Shown here in pieces: positions 27,505 through 43,200 of a stretch of DNA of 64,000 bases. A model generated the notes under the pieces. It was not told the origin of the DNA, did no database searches, and was given only the letters and a program-made list of their open reading frames with translations. The stretch's first letter is position 1, and each line of letters begins with the position of its first letter. Source of the DNA: the human T2T-CHM13v2.0 reference genome, Homo sapiens; assembly GCF_009914755.1 (NCBI RefSeq), contig NC_060928.1. The stretch is one strand, 5' to 3'. The translations under genes and the position numbers were made by a program.

Positions 27505-28127
27505 AATGCTGTAGCCTCTCACATTTTAATGTAGCTCTTAGAGACAATTTTTGCATTTTATTTAATTTACTGAATTTAAATTTTAAAACTGCAACCCAAT
27601 TCACTTATTAAAAATCTTTTAGGTATATTTGGACCAACTTGGTTTGTGAATCTACATTTTTAACTGTAAATTTTATGAAATCCAAATACTGACAAGTAAT
27701 TTTATGAAAATTTAGCATCCAAATTCAGATATATCTTAGGAGTAAAGTACACAATGGATTTCAAAGACTTCCTATGCAAAGCAGCATAAAATAGCTAATT
27801 AATAATTTTTACGTTTATTACAATTTGAAATAATAGTTTCAGATATATTGGTTTTAAAAATCTTATTAAAATTAAACTCATCTGGTAATGGATGTGTTAG
27901 CTTGATTGTGGTAATCATTTTACGTTACATATATATATATATATCAAAACATCATGTTGTACACCTTAGATATACCTATATAATTTTGTCAATCATACTT
28001 CAATAAAGCTGGGTAAAAAATTAAATTAAATTAAATTATGTTCACATACTTATTTTTACTTTTTAATGTGGCTACGCAAATTTTTAAAATTACATATGAG
28101 GCTTATGTTATATTTCTATCAGATGCT
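27505..28127. mobile_element. hAT-Charlie DNA transposon (Charlie1/MER33 group), interrupted by an L1 tail
   Basis: AAGTACACAATGGATTTCAAAGACTT; TTTTTACTTTTTAATGTGGCTAC...AAAATTACATATG. Confidence 0.7.
27882..28022 (+). mobile_element. Old L1 (L1MB/MC-like) extreme 3' end
   Basis: CTTGATTGTGGTAATCATTTTAC...ATCAAAACATCATGTTGTACACCTTA...TACTTCAATAAAGCTGG plus A tail. Confidence 0.75.
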
Positions 28128-31100
28128 TCTTTATAGATAGTTGAGAGTTAATGATGAGTAGATAAGTAATACCGAGTAGATGATAAAACATACTATGTCT
28201 TGAGGTTATTGGAGAGGTTGAGATTGAAGACATACATTTGGAAGGTATGGGCAAACCTATGGTGTTGAATCTTTGTGGCTAAATAAGTCAGTTACGGAGT
28301 GGGTTTGGTTACTGAATTAGAGAGAGTGAGCTTGGCAGGGAAGATTAGAGCTTTACCTACTTTGTGGTCAAAGTAGATAATCTTTAAGTAGTATCTAAAT
28401 GCTTGGATTTCTTCTCTAGTTAGCATCTTCCTCTCCTGATTTAATTATCAATAGTATCCCCTCTTGCTCTAAAAATTTCACAAGTTGGATAGTAAATTAT
28501 ATATTTACTCAAATTATTCTACTTTAAAGTCTGATGAAGCACAAATATTTCTGTTAGTTTATTTGGTCTGTCTTTGCTTTTATTTATTTAGTCTGTTTGT
28601 TTTACTCAGTTCTATTTTATATTTCCTAAATATCTGTCATATTGTTCTTCCTGTTTGTCTCCACCATGTTACTTTATATCAGGACTTCATGATTTCTCAC
28701 TTGGATTATGCCATCAAATTCTTAACTGCTGTTCCTGACTCCCCAACTCACCACTCTAATCCAAGAGGCACTCCACACATTTATAAGACTGAACTTTCTA
28801 AAACACATTTCCTGCTAAGAACTATGAAATAAGTAAATGTGAAGGATCTGGGATGGCAGGAAAGGAAGAGAGACAATGGAAGGTAGAATTGGAAGTGATG
28901 ATGACGTTTGAATTGCACCTTAATGAATAGATAGGCATTCACTCAGGGAAAGAAAACAAAAACAGGCAGAAATATTGATGAAGAAGAAAAGAATGGTGAA
29001 ACCAAGAGAAGGATATGGATGTCTGTAATACATGACAAATCAGTTAATATTTTCCTGCTAAATTGACTCTTGAAATTTGGGGAAAAAAATCTTCTCAGAT
29101 GATCATTACCTTTATTTTAGAATAATGATTATTTTCACCCATAAACATACTAAGTAAATATACTGTGTGAAATAATATTTTGATAATATGACTTCAAATG
29201 AGGACATATAGCAGTTTACTAAAGGTTTCTAGTGACAAAGATTCTAGCTTACAGAATATCACATGGAACACTTTTGAATTACATGCCATGTTTAGATGAA
29301 CTCCAAGCAATTCACTTTCCTTTATATATGCCAATGATGATAAATAAAATGTATAATTTTCTGTAACTCTTTTATTTGATTTGCACATTTACTATGTCCA
29401 AGGATTTTAACGTACACTCTTGTCTAGCCTTTATTCTGTCCTGAGCATATTTTCTATGTTGTAAATACTTTTAAAGATACATTTTGTCAGAAAAATTACA
29501 ACATACAAACCAAATGAAATAAAAAACAGAAACAAGGAAAAACGTGATTTCCTAGGAATGATCCCTCTGCTGCTCTTATTCACCAACCGTAAGTCATCTC
29601 TGTTCTCTTTGGGTGAGTATATCAGAGCAGTGTATTACGTGTTATGAGCAAAATGTATGCATTTCCAATTATTAATTTGATGTTTTAAGCAACTGCTCTT
29701 AGTACCAAAAGTCCTTGGCACAAAGACATGTTAAATATAGCAATCTTTTCTAGAAATAGGTACAAGGACATGGCATCAGTGGGGTCATATTCTTGAGGGT
29801 TTAAGTGTAATGAGGTGGGTAAAGAATTGGCAATTGGGAGATCCACACTGGAATCTTACTTCTGCTAACAAGATCCTGAGCCTATCTTTGTTTTATTTAC
29901 TGCTGTGTTCTGGCATCTAGTCCAAATTCTAATTTACAATAAGCACTAAATAAACACTAATAAATGAACTCATGGATACCAAGTACAACAGTTAATATCT
30001 CAGGTCTTCAGTTCCCTAATCTACAGTTCAGTAGCATAACAAGAAATTCAAATATCTTTACTATATTCTTTATTTATAATCTAGCTGATATGATACTGTT
30101 AAATATTCTTCTTTTTTGCCTTTTCTCCCCAACATTGTTCTTTCTTTCCTTTTAATTGCCCTCTCCTCTTATTTTTTCCTTGTTTTTTCATCTTTCATCT
30201 TTTCTTTTTTTCTTATTAGCAACTTAAATAAGGTAGCACTATTTTTTTCCAGTTTAAGTGGGATAAATTCTATTTGCTTGCAAATGGAAGATAAACAGTG
30301 GTCTAGAAGAAAAGAAACAAGGAGTATTCCCCTGTTTTTCGGAGAATGAACAGAACATAGAAAGCTCATAGCTTCATATAGAAAAGGAAAGACTATTAAC
30401 CCTGTAACATAGAAGTTTTCAGGTATTACTTTCTCATCTTTGTCATCTACTGTCTCTTTTATTGCCTCAAAAAGCTCTGCCAGGTTTTATTTATTTATTC
30501 ATTAATTCATTCTTATTTCAATAAGTTTTGGGGATACAGGCAGTTTTTGGTTACATGAATAAGTGCTTTAGTGGTGATTTCTGAGATTCTGGTGTCCTGA
30601 TCACCTGAACAGTGTACACTGTACCCAGTATGTAGTTTATCCCTCACCCGCTCCTACCCTTGCTTCCAAGTCCACAAAGCCCATTATAGCATTCTTATGC
30701 CTTTGCATCCTCACAGCTTAACACCCACTTATAAATAAGAATGTATGATATTTGGTGTTTAATTCCTGCATTTCTTCACTTAAAATAATGGCCTCCAGCT
30801 CCATCCAATTTGCTACAAAAGACTTTTTTTTTTTTTTTTTTTTTTTTGCTTTATGGCTGAGTAGTATTCCATGGTATAGATATACCAATTTTTCTTTATC
30901 TCCTCATTGGTTGATGGACATCTAGGTTGCTTCTGTATTTTTGCAATTTCAAATTGTGCTGCTATAAACATGTGCGTGCATCTGTTTTTTTTCATATAAT
31001 AACTTATTTTCCTTTGGGGAGATACCTAGTAGTGGGACTGCTGGATCGAATGCTATTTCTTTTAGTTCTTTAAGGAAACTCTATACTGTTTTCCATGGTG

Positions 31101-31488
31101 GTTGTACTAGTTTACATTCTCACCTGCAGTGTAAAAGTATTCCCTTTTCACCACATCCTCACCAATATCTTTTTTTTTTAATTATTAAATTATGGCCATT
31201 CTTTCAGGAGTAAGGTGGTATCTCACTGTGGTTTTAGTTTGTATTTCCCTGATAATTAGTGATGTTGAGCATCTTTTCCATATATTGGCTGGCAGTTTGC
31301 ACGTCTTCTTTTTAGAATTGTCTAGTCATGTCCTTAGCACAGTTTTTGATGGGTTGGGGCATTGTTTGTGTTTTTATTGCTAATTTTTTTTAGTTCCTTG
31401 TTGATTCTGGATATTACCACTTTGTCAGATGTATAGTCTGTGAATATTTTCTCCCACTCTGAGGGTTGTTTGTTTAATCTGCTGATGA

Positions 31489-32025
<537 letters not shown>

Positions 32026-32300
32026 TTAGGCTGATTTTTGTATAAAGTGAGAGATGAGAATTCAATTTCATTCTTCAACATGTGGTTTGCCAGTTTTTCC
32101 AGCACCATTTATTAAATAGGATCCTTTCCCACTTTATGTTTTTGTATGCTTTGTTGAGATCAGTTGCCCAAAAAAGTTGGCTTTTCCTGGGTTCGCTATT
32201 CTGTTCCATTGGTCTAAGTGCCTATTTTTATACCAGTAACATGCTGTTTTGGCAACTATGGCTTTGTAGTATAATTTGAAGTCAAGTAATGTGATGCCTT

Positions 32301-32331
<31 letters not shown>

Positions 32332-33168
32332 GCTTAGTCTTACTTTGGTTCTGCGGGCTCTTTTTTTGGTTCCACATGTATTGTATTATTGTTATTTCTA
32401 TTTCCGTGAAGGATGATGATGGTGTTTTGATGGGAATTGCATTGACTCTGTAGACAGCTTTTAGCAGTATGGTCATTTTCACAATATTGTTTCTACCCAT
32501 CCATGAGCATGGGATGTTTTTCTACATGTTTGTGTTATCTATAATTTCTTCCAGCAGTATTTTGTAGTTTTTCTTGTAGAGATCTTTCACCTCCTTGGTT
32601 AAGTATATACCTAAGTGTTTTACTTATTTTATTTTTTGTAGCTGTTGTGAAAGGGATTGAGTTCTTGATTTGATTCTCAGTTTGGTGGTTATTGGTGTAT
32701 AACAGTGCTACTGATTTTCATATATTGATTTTGTAACCTGAGATTTACTGAATTAATTTATAAGATCTAAGAGCTTTTTGAATGAGCCTGTACAGTGCTC
32801 TAGGTATACAATTATTCCATGGACAAAGAGCGACAGTTTAACTCCCTTTTTTCTGATTTAGATGTTCCTTTAGTTCTTTCTCTTGTCTGATTGGTCTGGC
32901 TAGGACTTCCAATACTATGTTGAATAGAAGTGGTGAAAGTGGGCGTCCTTGCTTTGTTCCAGTTCTCAGCGGAAATGTTTTCAACTTTTTTCCATTCAGT
33001 ATGATGCTGGCTATGGGTATTTCATAGATGGCTTATGTTACACTGAAGTATGTCTCTTCTATGACAATTTTGTTGAGAGTTTTTTTCATACAGAAATGCT
33101 GGATTTTGTCAAATGCTTTTTCTGCATCTATTGAGATGATTATATAATTTTTCTTTTTTATCCTTTTT

Positions 33169-33503
<335 letters not shown>

Positions 33504-35721
33504 TTAAACTATCCCTGTATACTGATAAGAAACTCGTTTGATTATGATGTATTATCTTTTTAATATGCTGCCAACAGCATTTGGTTAGCTAGTATTTTGT
33601 TGAATATTTCTGCATCTATGATCATCAGGAATATTGTTCTGTACTGTAGATATATTCCTTCCTGATTTTTGTATTAGGGTGATACTGGCATCACAAAATG
33701 GTTTAGGGAGGACTCCCTCTTTTCCTATCTTTTAGAATAGTTTCAGTAATATTGGTACCAATTCTTCCTTGAATGTTTAATAGAAATCAGCGGTGAATCT
33801 ATCTGGTCCTGGACATTTTTGCTGGCAATATTTTTAATACTGAACCATTTTCACTGCTTGTTATTGTTTTGATCAGAGTTTCTATTTCTTCCTCATTTAG
33901 TCTTGGAGAAATGTATATTTCCAGGAATTTAACCATGTTTTATAGATTATCTAGTTGTGTGTATAAAGGCATTCACAGTAGCCTTGAATGATCCTTTGTA
34001 TTTCTGTGGTATTAGTCATAATATCTCCCATTTTGTATCTAATTGAGATTATTTGGATCTTCTCTTTTTTTATTCTTGATTAATCTTGCTAACAGTCTAT
34101 CGATTTTGTTAATCTTTTCAAAGAACCAGTGTTCTGTTTTATTTTTTGTATTTTCTTGATTCAGTATTATTTAGTTCTGCTCTGATCTTTGTTATTTCTT
34201 TTCTTCTGCTGAGTTTGAGTTTAGTTTGTTCTTGTTTCTCTAGTTCCTTGAGGTGTGATATTAGGTTGTCTGTGCTCTGTCAGACTTTTCAATGTAGGTA
34301 TTTAATGCAATGAACTTTCCTCTTAGCACCACTTTTGCTATATCCCAGAGGTTTTGAAAAAGAGGTTTTGATAATTTGTGTCACTGTTATCATTCATTTA
34401 AAAGAATTTTTAAAATTTCCATCTTGATACTATTTTTAACCCAAAGATCATTCAAGAGCAGATTATTTAATATCCATGCATTTATATAGTTTTGAAGGCT
34501 CCTTTTGGAGTTTATTTACAGTTTTATTCTACTGTGGTCTGAAAGGATACTTGATATAATTTTGATTTTTAAAAATTTATCAAGATTTGTTTTGTGGCCT
34601 ATTATATGGTCTATCTTGGAGAATGTTCCATGTGCTGATGAAAAGAATATATATTCTGCAGTTGTTGGGTACAATATCCTGTAAATATGTGTTAAGTCTA
34701 TTCATTCTAGGGTCTAGTTTAAGTTCACATTTTCTTCTTTGACTGTATGTCTTGATCTGCCTAGTGCTGTCAGTGAAGTACTGAAGTTCCTACTATTAAT
34801 GTGTTACTGTCTATATAATTTCTTAGGTCTATAAGTAATTTTTTTTTATAAATTTGGAAACTTCAATGTTAAGTACATGTATATTTATGATTGTAATATC
34901 TTCCGGTTTAACTAATTCCTTTTTCATTATATAAAGTCCTTCATCTGTTTTTAGTGTTGTTGCTTTAAAGTCTGTTTTCTCTGATATAAGAATAGCTACT
35001 CCTGCCTGGTTTTGGTTTCCATTTATGAAAAATATCTTCTTCTACCCCTTTACCTTAAGTTTATGTTAGTCCATATGTGTTAGGTGAGTCCCTTGAAGAC
35101 AGCCATTACTTAGTGGTTTTTAAATCTTTCTGCCTTTCTGTATCTTTTAAGTGGAGCACATAGTCCATTTACATTTAATAGGAGTATTGAGATTTGAGGT
35201 ACTGTTCTATTCATCATGTTAGTTTTTGCCTGAATACCTTTTTTAAAAATATTTTCATCATGTTATTGTTTTTAGGCCCTGTAAGTTTTATGCTTTAAGG
35301 AAGTTCTTTTTTTCGTATTTTGAGAACTTGTTTCAAGATTGAAAACCCCTTTTAGCATTTCTTGCAGTGCTAGTGTGGTAGTGGCAAACTCTCTCAGCAC
35401 TTTTTTATCTAAAAAAGACTTTATCTCTTTTTATTTATGAAATGTAGTTTTGGTAGATACAAAACTCTTGACTGACAATTATTTTGTTTAAGGAGGCTAA
35501 AGATGGAACCTCAGTTCTTTCTGGATTTTAGGGTTTCTGCTGAGAAATCTGCTGTTAATCTGATGAGTTTTCTTTTATAAGTTACCTGATGCTTTTGTCT
35601 CACAGCTCATAAGATTCATTCCTTCACCTTGACATTAGATAACCCGATTAATATATGCCTTTGTGATGATCTTTTGCAATGTATTTCCCAGGAGTTCTTT
35701 GAGCTTCTTGTATTTGGATAT

Positions 35722-38097
35722 TGTATTAATCCACTCTCACATTGCTATAAAAAACTTCCTGAGACTGAGTAGTTTATAAAGAAAAGAGGTTTCATTGACT
35801 CACAGTTCCACAGGCTGTACAATAAGCATGGTTGGTGAGGCCTCAGGAAACTTACAATGATGGCAAAAGGGGAAGGGGAAGCAAACACATCTTCACATGG
35901 GGAATCAGAAGGAAAAGAGCAAAGAAGGAAGTGCTACACAGTTTTAAACAACCAGATCGCAGGATAACTCACAATTACAAGGAATCCAAAGGGTAAGTCT
36001 GCCCCCATAATACAATCACCTCCCAGCAGGCCCCTCGTCCAACATTGGGGATTACAATTCATGATGATATTTGGGTGAGGACACAGAGGCAAGCCACACC
36101 ATTCTGCCCTTGCCTCTTCCAAAATCTCATGTTCTTCTCACACTTCAAAACACCATTATGCCTTCCTAACAGTCCCCCAAAGTCTTAACTGATTCTTGCA
36201 TTAATTCAAAACAATTCAAGTCCAAAGTCTCATCTGAGACAGGGCAAGTATCTTCCACCTATGAGCCTGTAAAATAATAAGCATGTTAGTTACTTCTAAG
36301 ATACAATGGGAGCACAGGCATTGAGTAAATGCTCCCATTGCAAATGGTAGAAATTGGACAAAACAAAGGGGCTGCAAGACCCATGCAAGTCTGAAATCCA
36401 GCAGGGCAGTCATTAAATTTTAAAGCTTCAAAATAATCTCCTTTGACTCCATGTCTCACATTCAGGCCACACTGATGAAAGGAGAGGGCTCTGAAGGCCT
36501 TGGGCATCTTTGCCTCTGTGGCTCTCCATGGTACATCCCCTGCAGCTGCTATGTGGGCTGGCGTTGATTGCCTGTGGCTTTTCGAGGTGCATGGTGTAAG
36601 GTATCGGTGGATCTAGGATTCTGGGATCTGGAGGATGGTGGCCCTCTGCTCACAGCATCAAGAGGCAGTGCCCCAGTGGGGACTCTGTATGGGACTCCAA
36701 TCCCATATTACCCTTCCGCACTGTCCTAGTACAGGTTCTCCATGAGGGCTCTGCCCCTGCAGCAGACTTCTGCCTGAATATCCAGGCATTTCCATACATC
36801 TTCTGAAATCTAGATGGAGGCTCCCAAGCCTCCACTCTTTCCCTCTGGGCACCCACAGGCTTAACAGCATGTGGAAGCTGTCAAGGTTTGTGGCTTGCAC
36901 CCTCTGGAGTGGCAGCCTGAGACATATCTGACACCCCCTTAGCCATGGCTGGAGCTGGAGTGACTGGAATGCAAACAGCAGTTTTCTGAGGTTGCACAGG
37001 GCAGTGGAGCCCTTGGTCTGGCCCACAAAAACAATTCTTCCATCCTAGGCCTCTGGGTCTGTGTTGGAAGAGACTGCTGTGAAGGTCTCTAAAATACCTT
37101 TGTCTTAGCTATTAACATTAGGCTCTTCTACTTTGGTAAATTTCTGCAGCTGGCTTGAATTCTTCCACTGAAAATGGGTTTTTCTTTTCTACTGGATGGC
37201 CAGGCTGAAAATTTTCCAAACTTTTATGCTCTGCTTCACTTTTAAATTTAAGTTTCAATTTCAGATCATCTTTTTGTTCATGCATATAAGTGTATGCTGT
37301 TAGAAGCCACCAGGCTACATATTGAATGTTTTGCTGCTTAGAAATTTGTTTCACCAGATACCCTAAATCATCTCTTTCAAGTTCAAAGTTTCACAGATCC
37401 CTAGGGCAGGGGCAGAATGCTGCCAGTCTCTTTGCTAATGCATAGCAAGAGTGACATTTACTCCAGTTCCCAATAACTTCTTCATCTCTGTCTGAGACCA
37501 CCTTAGCCTGGACTTCATTGTTCATATCACTATCAGCATTTTGGTCACAACTATTTAACAAGTTTCCAGGAATTTTCAAACATTCCCACATCTTTCTGTC
37601 TTCTTCTGATCCCTCCAAAATGTTCCAGACTCTGTCTGTTACCCAGTTTCAAAGCTGCTTCCACATTTTCAGGTATTTTTATAGCAATGACTCACTTCCC
37701 AGTACCAATTGTCTGTATTAGCCCATTCTCAAATTGCTGTAAGAAACTACATGAGACTGGGTAGTTTATGAGGAAAATAGGTTGAATTAAGTCACAGTTC
37801 CACAGGCTGTATAGGAAGCATAGCTAAAGAGGCCTCAGAAAACTTAGAATCATGGTACAAGACAAAAGGGAAGCAAGCATATCTTCACATGGTGAAGCAG
37901 GAGAGAAAGAGCAAAGGAGGAAGTGCTAGGCACTTTGAAACAATCAGATCCTGTGAGAACTCACTTACTATCATGAGAATGGTAAGGGGGAAGTCCATCA
38001 CCCTGATCCAATCACCTCCCACCAGGCCCCTTCTCCAACATTGATGATTAAAATTCCACATGAGATTTGGGTGGGGACACAGAGCCAAACTAGATCA
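35722..38097 (-). mobile_element. Complete MaLR provirus, THE1D (or MSTA-intermediate): 3' LTR 35722-36101, internal 36102-37713, 5' LTR 37714-38097
   Basis: Two ~380-bp direct-repeat LTRs; 1.6-kb internal region; perfect 5-bp TSD GATAT (35717-35721 and 38098-38102). Confidence 0.92.
36216..37618 (-). pseudogene. Decayed MaLR internal ORF
   Basis: Fragments EGSEEDRKMWE...DQNADSDMNNEVQA...GNWSKCHSCYALAKRLAAFCPCPRDL and WEPPSRFQKMYGNAW, typical of THE1/MST-int; broken by stops and frameshifts. Confidence 0.8.
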
Positions 38098-40224
38098 GAT
38101 ATCTAGATCTCTAGCAAGACCAGGGAAGTTTTCTTCAATTATTCCCTTATATAGTTTTTCCAAACGTTTAGATATTTTTCCCTCCTCAGGAACATCTTAT
38201 TCTTAGGCTTGGCTGTTTTACATAATTCCGTATTTCTTGAAGAGTTTGTTCATTTTTTAAAAAAATCTTTATTCTTTGTCTTTCTTTGTCTTATTGGGTT
38301 AATTAGAAAGCATTGTCTTCCAGCTCTGATATTCTTTCCTCTACTATTTCTTGTCTATTGTTGAAACTTTTCACTGCATTTTGTATTTCCCTAAGTGTGT
38401 CTTTCATTTGCACAATCCCTGATTGGTTTTCCTTTGTGATAGCGATTTCTATGGAAAAATTTTAATCATTATCCTGGGGTTTTTTTTTTTAAAGTCTTTA
38501 AGTTGTTTTCACCTTTCTCTAGTATCTCCTTGAGTAACTTAATAATCAACCTTCTGAATTCTTTATCTGGTAATTCAGAGGTTTCTTCTTGGTTTGAATT
38601 CATTGCTGGGGAGGTAGTGTGATCCTTAGGGGGTACTATGGAACCCTGTTTTGTCATATTACCAGAATTATTTTAATGGTTCTTTCTCATTTTGGTAGAT
38701 GATTTCTTCAAATTGTTCTTGAGTTTATTTTTGATTGGACTGTGTTTTTTTTTAATTTCTCTTTTTCTTTCTTAAGGATTGGAATTTAATGTTTAATTTA
38801 GCCTAATTTGATTCTATGTGCTTTTAGGAGTGAAGATTCTGTATGACTTTCTTAGTTATAGAGAGTCTTTGTGTACTGGCTTTCCCAGATGCTGATTGTA
38901 GTCATTATGCTTTTGATGTGTGCGCAAGCTCACTGTCTCTTGTGGGATTGGAATGGCAGGGATCTCTTGAAGTTTATCTAATTATCTTGTGGTATAGGTT
39001 TTATTTATTTATTTATTTAATTTTTACCCAGTATTTTATTTACTGACTTGATGATTCAGGGTTCAGGTCTGCTGGTGGGAAGTCTCCCACACCAGACACA
39101 ATTGCAGTGCTGGGTGCAGTAGCGAAAGTTTGCACCCAGGGGAGGTAACCCTTGTAGGCACTGGTTGTAGCTAGGGTATGTAGGTGGATATAACACGCAA
39201 CAGTGGGCCAAGGTCCAAGCCTTGATGAGGGTGTCTGGGGAGCTTTCAAATAGATTTGTGGAGGTTTTATCAGGGTGAAGAGTTAGAGCTACTTCAGCTC
39301 CCCTGCGAGGCCACATGGAAAGCGATTCACCTCACAGCCTAATTCCTGTCCCAGTTACTTGGCTATTCAGATCTGACAGGCACCTCTTTTCATCTGTAGG
39401 ATTGTTGATGTTCCAAATAGGGAGGAATTGTGACTCTGCCTTTTGTGCAGACCTCAATCTAGGGGGTGCTCCTCCTGTGGGGTTGCGCTCAACCAGCATT
39501 ATTCCAGGAAGATTGTCCATAGGTGCAAACACATTGCATTCCTGTGCGAAAACCCCAGCTGTGTCTGTAGCGCAGTGCTGGGGAATGGGGACAGCAGGGA
39601 GGGAACAAGGACCACTTCTCCAAGTCCCTTCACAATCACAGAGGCTGCCTGCCCATTGGGGTACAGATGCAGACTTTCACTACTGCACCTAGCACTGCAA
39701 TCGTGTCTGCTGTGGAGACTTCCCACCAGCAGAACGATCTGGGGTTCAAAACCTGCTGTTCAGATGATTTTGTCCCCTGGGGTGATACCTTGATATAGTG
39801 CTCTCCCCTTACTCTAGGAATAGGGGTTCCCAAGAGCCAGACTGCAGTGATTGTTATTTCTTTTCTGGGTCTAGACACCTAGTGAGGCTACCAGGGTTCC
39901 AGCTGGTGTTTCTGAATGTCTGCAAAGAGTCCAGTGATGTGACTTGTCTTCAGGTCTCCCAGCAGTGGATACCAGTACCTGCTCTGATGGAGATGTCTGT
40001 TAAACTTTATACCTCTCTCACAGATGTGGGCTCTTCTGCCACATTTTGCTCTGTTTCCTACTCTATTAGAGCTGTTTAACTTTATGGAAACTGCAGTTAG
40101 GCTTCAGATTATCTTTCTAAGTTTGTCTAGAATGGAATTCATTGCATCCTTTTTGCACCTGTTTTCCCCTGCTCCTTCCAAAATCCAGCAGTTGAGAACA
40201 TGTACATGTACTACGTAGTCAGCT

Positions 40225-43200
40225 TTATTTTTTTAATTAAAAAAGTAACTTTTTATTTTGATGGCTTTTGTGATACAAGTGATTTTTGGTTACATGGATG
40301 AATTGTATAGTGGTGAAATCTGAGATTTTAGTGTACCTGTCACTCAAGTGGTGTAAATTGTATGGTTTTTTTTTTTAAATCTCTGATCCCAACCATGATC
40401 CTCCTCCTACTGAGTCTCCAAAGTCTATTATACCATTCTGTATGCCTTTGCGTACCCATAGCTTAGCTCCCACTTATAAGTGAGAACATACAGTGTTTGG
40501 TTTTCCATTCCTGAGATACTTTACTTAGAATAGCGGTGTCTAGCTCCATCCAAGTTGCTACAAAATACATTGTTTTATTCTTTTTTATAGTGGAGTAGTA
40601 TTTCTTGGTGTATATATACCGCATTTTCTTTAACCACTCATTGGTTGATGGGCACTTAAGCTGGATCCATATCTTTGCAATCGTGAATTATGCTGCGATA
40701 AACATGTGTGCAGGTGTCTAAAAAGACATACGCAACTACTTATTTTCCTTTAGGTAGACACCTAGTAGTGTGATTGCTGGATCAAATGGTAGATATAGTT
40801 TTAGTTCTTTAAGAAATTTCCATAGTGTTTTCCACAGAGGCAGTACTAATTTACTTTCCTATAAGCAGTAAATAAATATTCCATTTTTACCACATCCGTT
40901 TTAATATCTATTGTCTTTTGAATTTTAATAATGGCCATTCTGGCTGGAATAACATGGTATCTCATTGTTGTTCTAATTTGCATTTTCCTGATGATTACTG
41001 ATGTTAAGCATTTTTTTCATACAAATTGGCCATTTGTACATCTTCTTTTGAGAAATATATATTTATGTTATTTGCTTAGTTTTTGATGGAATTATTTATT
41101 TTTTTCTTTTTATTGCTGATTTGTTTGAGTTCCTTGTACGTTCTGAATATTAGTCCTTTGTCGGATGCATAGTTTACAAATATTTTCTCCCATTCTGTGG
41201 GTTGTCTGTTTACTATGATGATTATTTCTTTTGTTGTGCAGAAGCTTTTGAGTTTAATTAGGCCTCATTTATTTATTTTTGTCTTCGTTGCATTTGTTTT
41301 TGGGGTCTTAGTCATAAATTCTTGAGCTAGGCCAAAGTCCAGAAAGGTTTTTCCTACATTTTCTTCTAGAATTTTTGTGATTTCAGGTCTTTAAGTGTTT
41401 AATCCATCTTGAGTTGATTTTTGTATAAAGTGAGAGATAGAAAGCCAGTGTCATTCTTCAACATATGGTTATCCAGTTTTCCCAGCACCATTTATTAAAT
41501 AGTGTATCCTTTCCCAAAATTCTATTTCTGGGTTTTCTGTTCTTTCCATTGGTCTGTGTATCTACTTTTATACAAGTACCATGCTGTTTTGGTAGCTTTA
41601 GCCTTTTAATATAATTTGAGGGTGATGCCTCCAGATTTGTTGCTTTTGCTTAAGATTGCTTTGGTTATTCAAGCTCTTTTTTTCTTGGTTCCATATGAAT
41701 TTTAGAATTTTTTTCTAATTCTGTGAAAAATGATTATGGTATTTTGATAGAAATTGCAATGAATCAGTGGGATGCTTTGGGCAGTATGATCATTTTCATG
41801 ACATTGATTCTTCCAATTCATGAGCATGGAACGTATTTTTATTTGTTTGTGTTATCTATGATTTCTTTCAGCAGTGTTTAGTAGTTCTCCTTGTGGAGAT
41901 CTTTCACTTCCTTGGTGCAGTATATTTCTAGGTATTTTTTATTTGCAGCTATTGTAAAAAGAGTTGAGTTCTTGATTTGATTCTCAGTTTAGCCATTGTT
42001 GGTACATAACAATGCTACTGATTTGCATACACTGGTTTTGTAACCTAAGACTTCACTGAATTCATTTATCAAATCTAGGAGTCTTTCAAAGGAGTCTTCA
42101 GATTTTTCTAGGTATACTATCATATCATCAGCAAAGAGCAATAATTTGGCTTCCTATTTTCCAATTTGGTTTCCCTTTATTTCTTCTATTTGGCTGATTG
42201 CTTTGGCTAGGACTTCCAGTAGTATGTTGAATAGAAATGGTGAAAGTGGGCACCCTTGTCTTGTTCCACTTCTCAGTGGAAAAGCTATCAACTATTCTCC
42301 CTTCAGTATGATACCGGCTGTGGGGTTTTCAAAGATGGCTTTTATTACATTGAGGTATGTCCTTTCTATGCCTAGTTTGTTGAGGGTATTTTTCATGAAG
42401 TGATGCTGGTTTTTGTCAAACGCTTTTTCTCCATCTATTGAGATGATGATATGTTTTTTGTTTTTAATTCTGTTAGTGTCATTTATCACATTTATTGACT
42501 TGCATATATTAGCCCATTCATGTATCCCTGGAATGAAACCCACTTGATTACGGTGTTACTGTATTTGGAAGTACAGTTTGATTCAATTTTCTAGTATTTG
42601 TTGAGTGCTTTTGAATCTATATTTATCAGGGATATTTGTCTATAGTTTTTGTTCTTGTGGTGGTGGTTGTTGCTGTGTACTTTCCTGGTTTTGGTATGAG
42701 GGTGATATTGGTTTCATAGAATGAATTTGGGACAATTTCATCTTTTTCAGTCTTTTGAAATAGTTTTAGCTGGATTGGTACCAATTCTTCTTTGAATATT
42801 TTGTTGAATTCAGCTGTGAATCTACCTGGCCCTGGACTTTGTTGTTATTGTTGTTTTTGTTTGTTTGTTTTTATTGTTTTGCTTGTTGTTATTTTTAAAT
42901 TATTGATTCAGTCTCAGTGCTTGTTATTGGTCTTTTCAGAATTTCTATTTCTTCCTGGTTCGATTTTGGAGGGTTATATGTTTCCAGGAATTTGTCCATT
43001 TCCTTTAGTTTTTTTTATTTTGTGTGCATAGATGTGTTCATTGTAGTCTTAAATGATCTTTTAAATTTCTGTTGTGTTCATTGTAATGTCTCTATTTACA
43101 TTTCAAATTGAGCTTAATTGAATCTTGTCTCTTCTTGGTTAATTGAGCTAATGGTCTATCAATTTTGTTTATCCTTTCAGAATCTACTTTTTATTTCATT

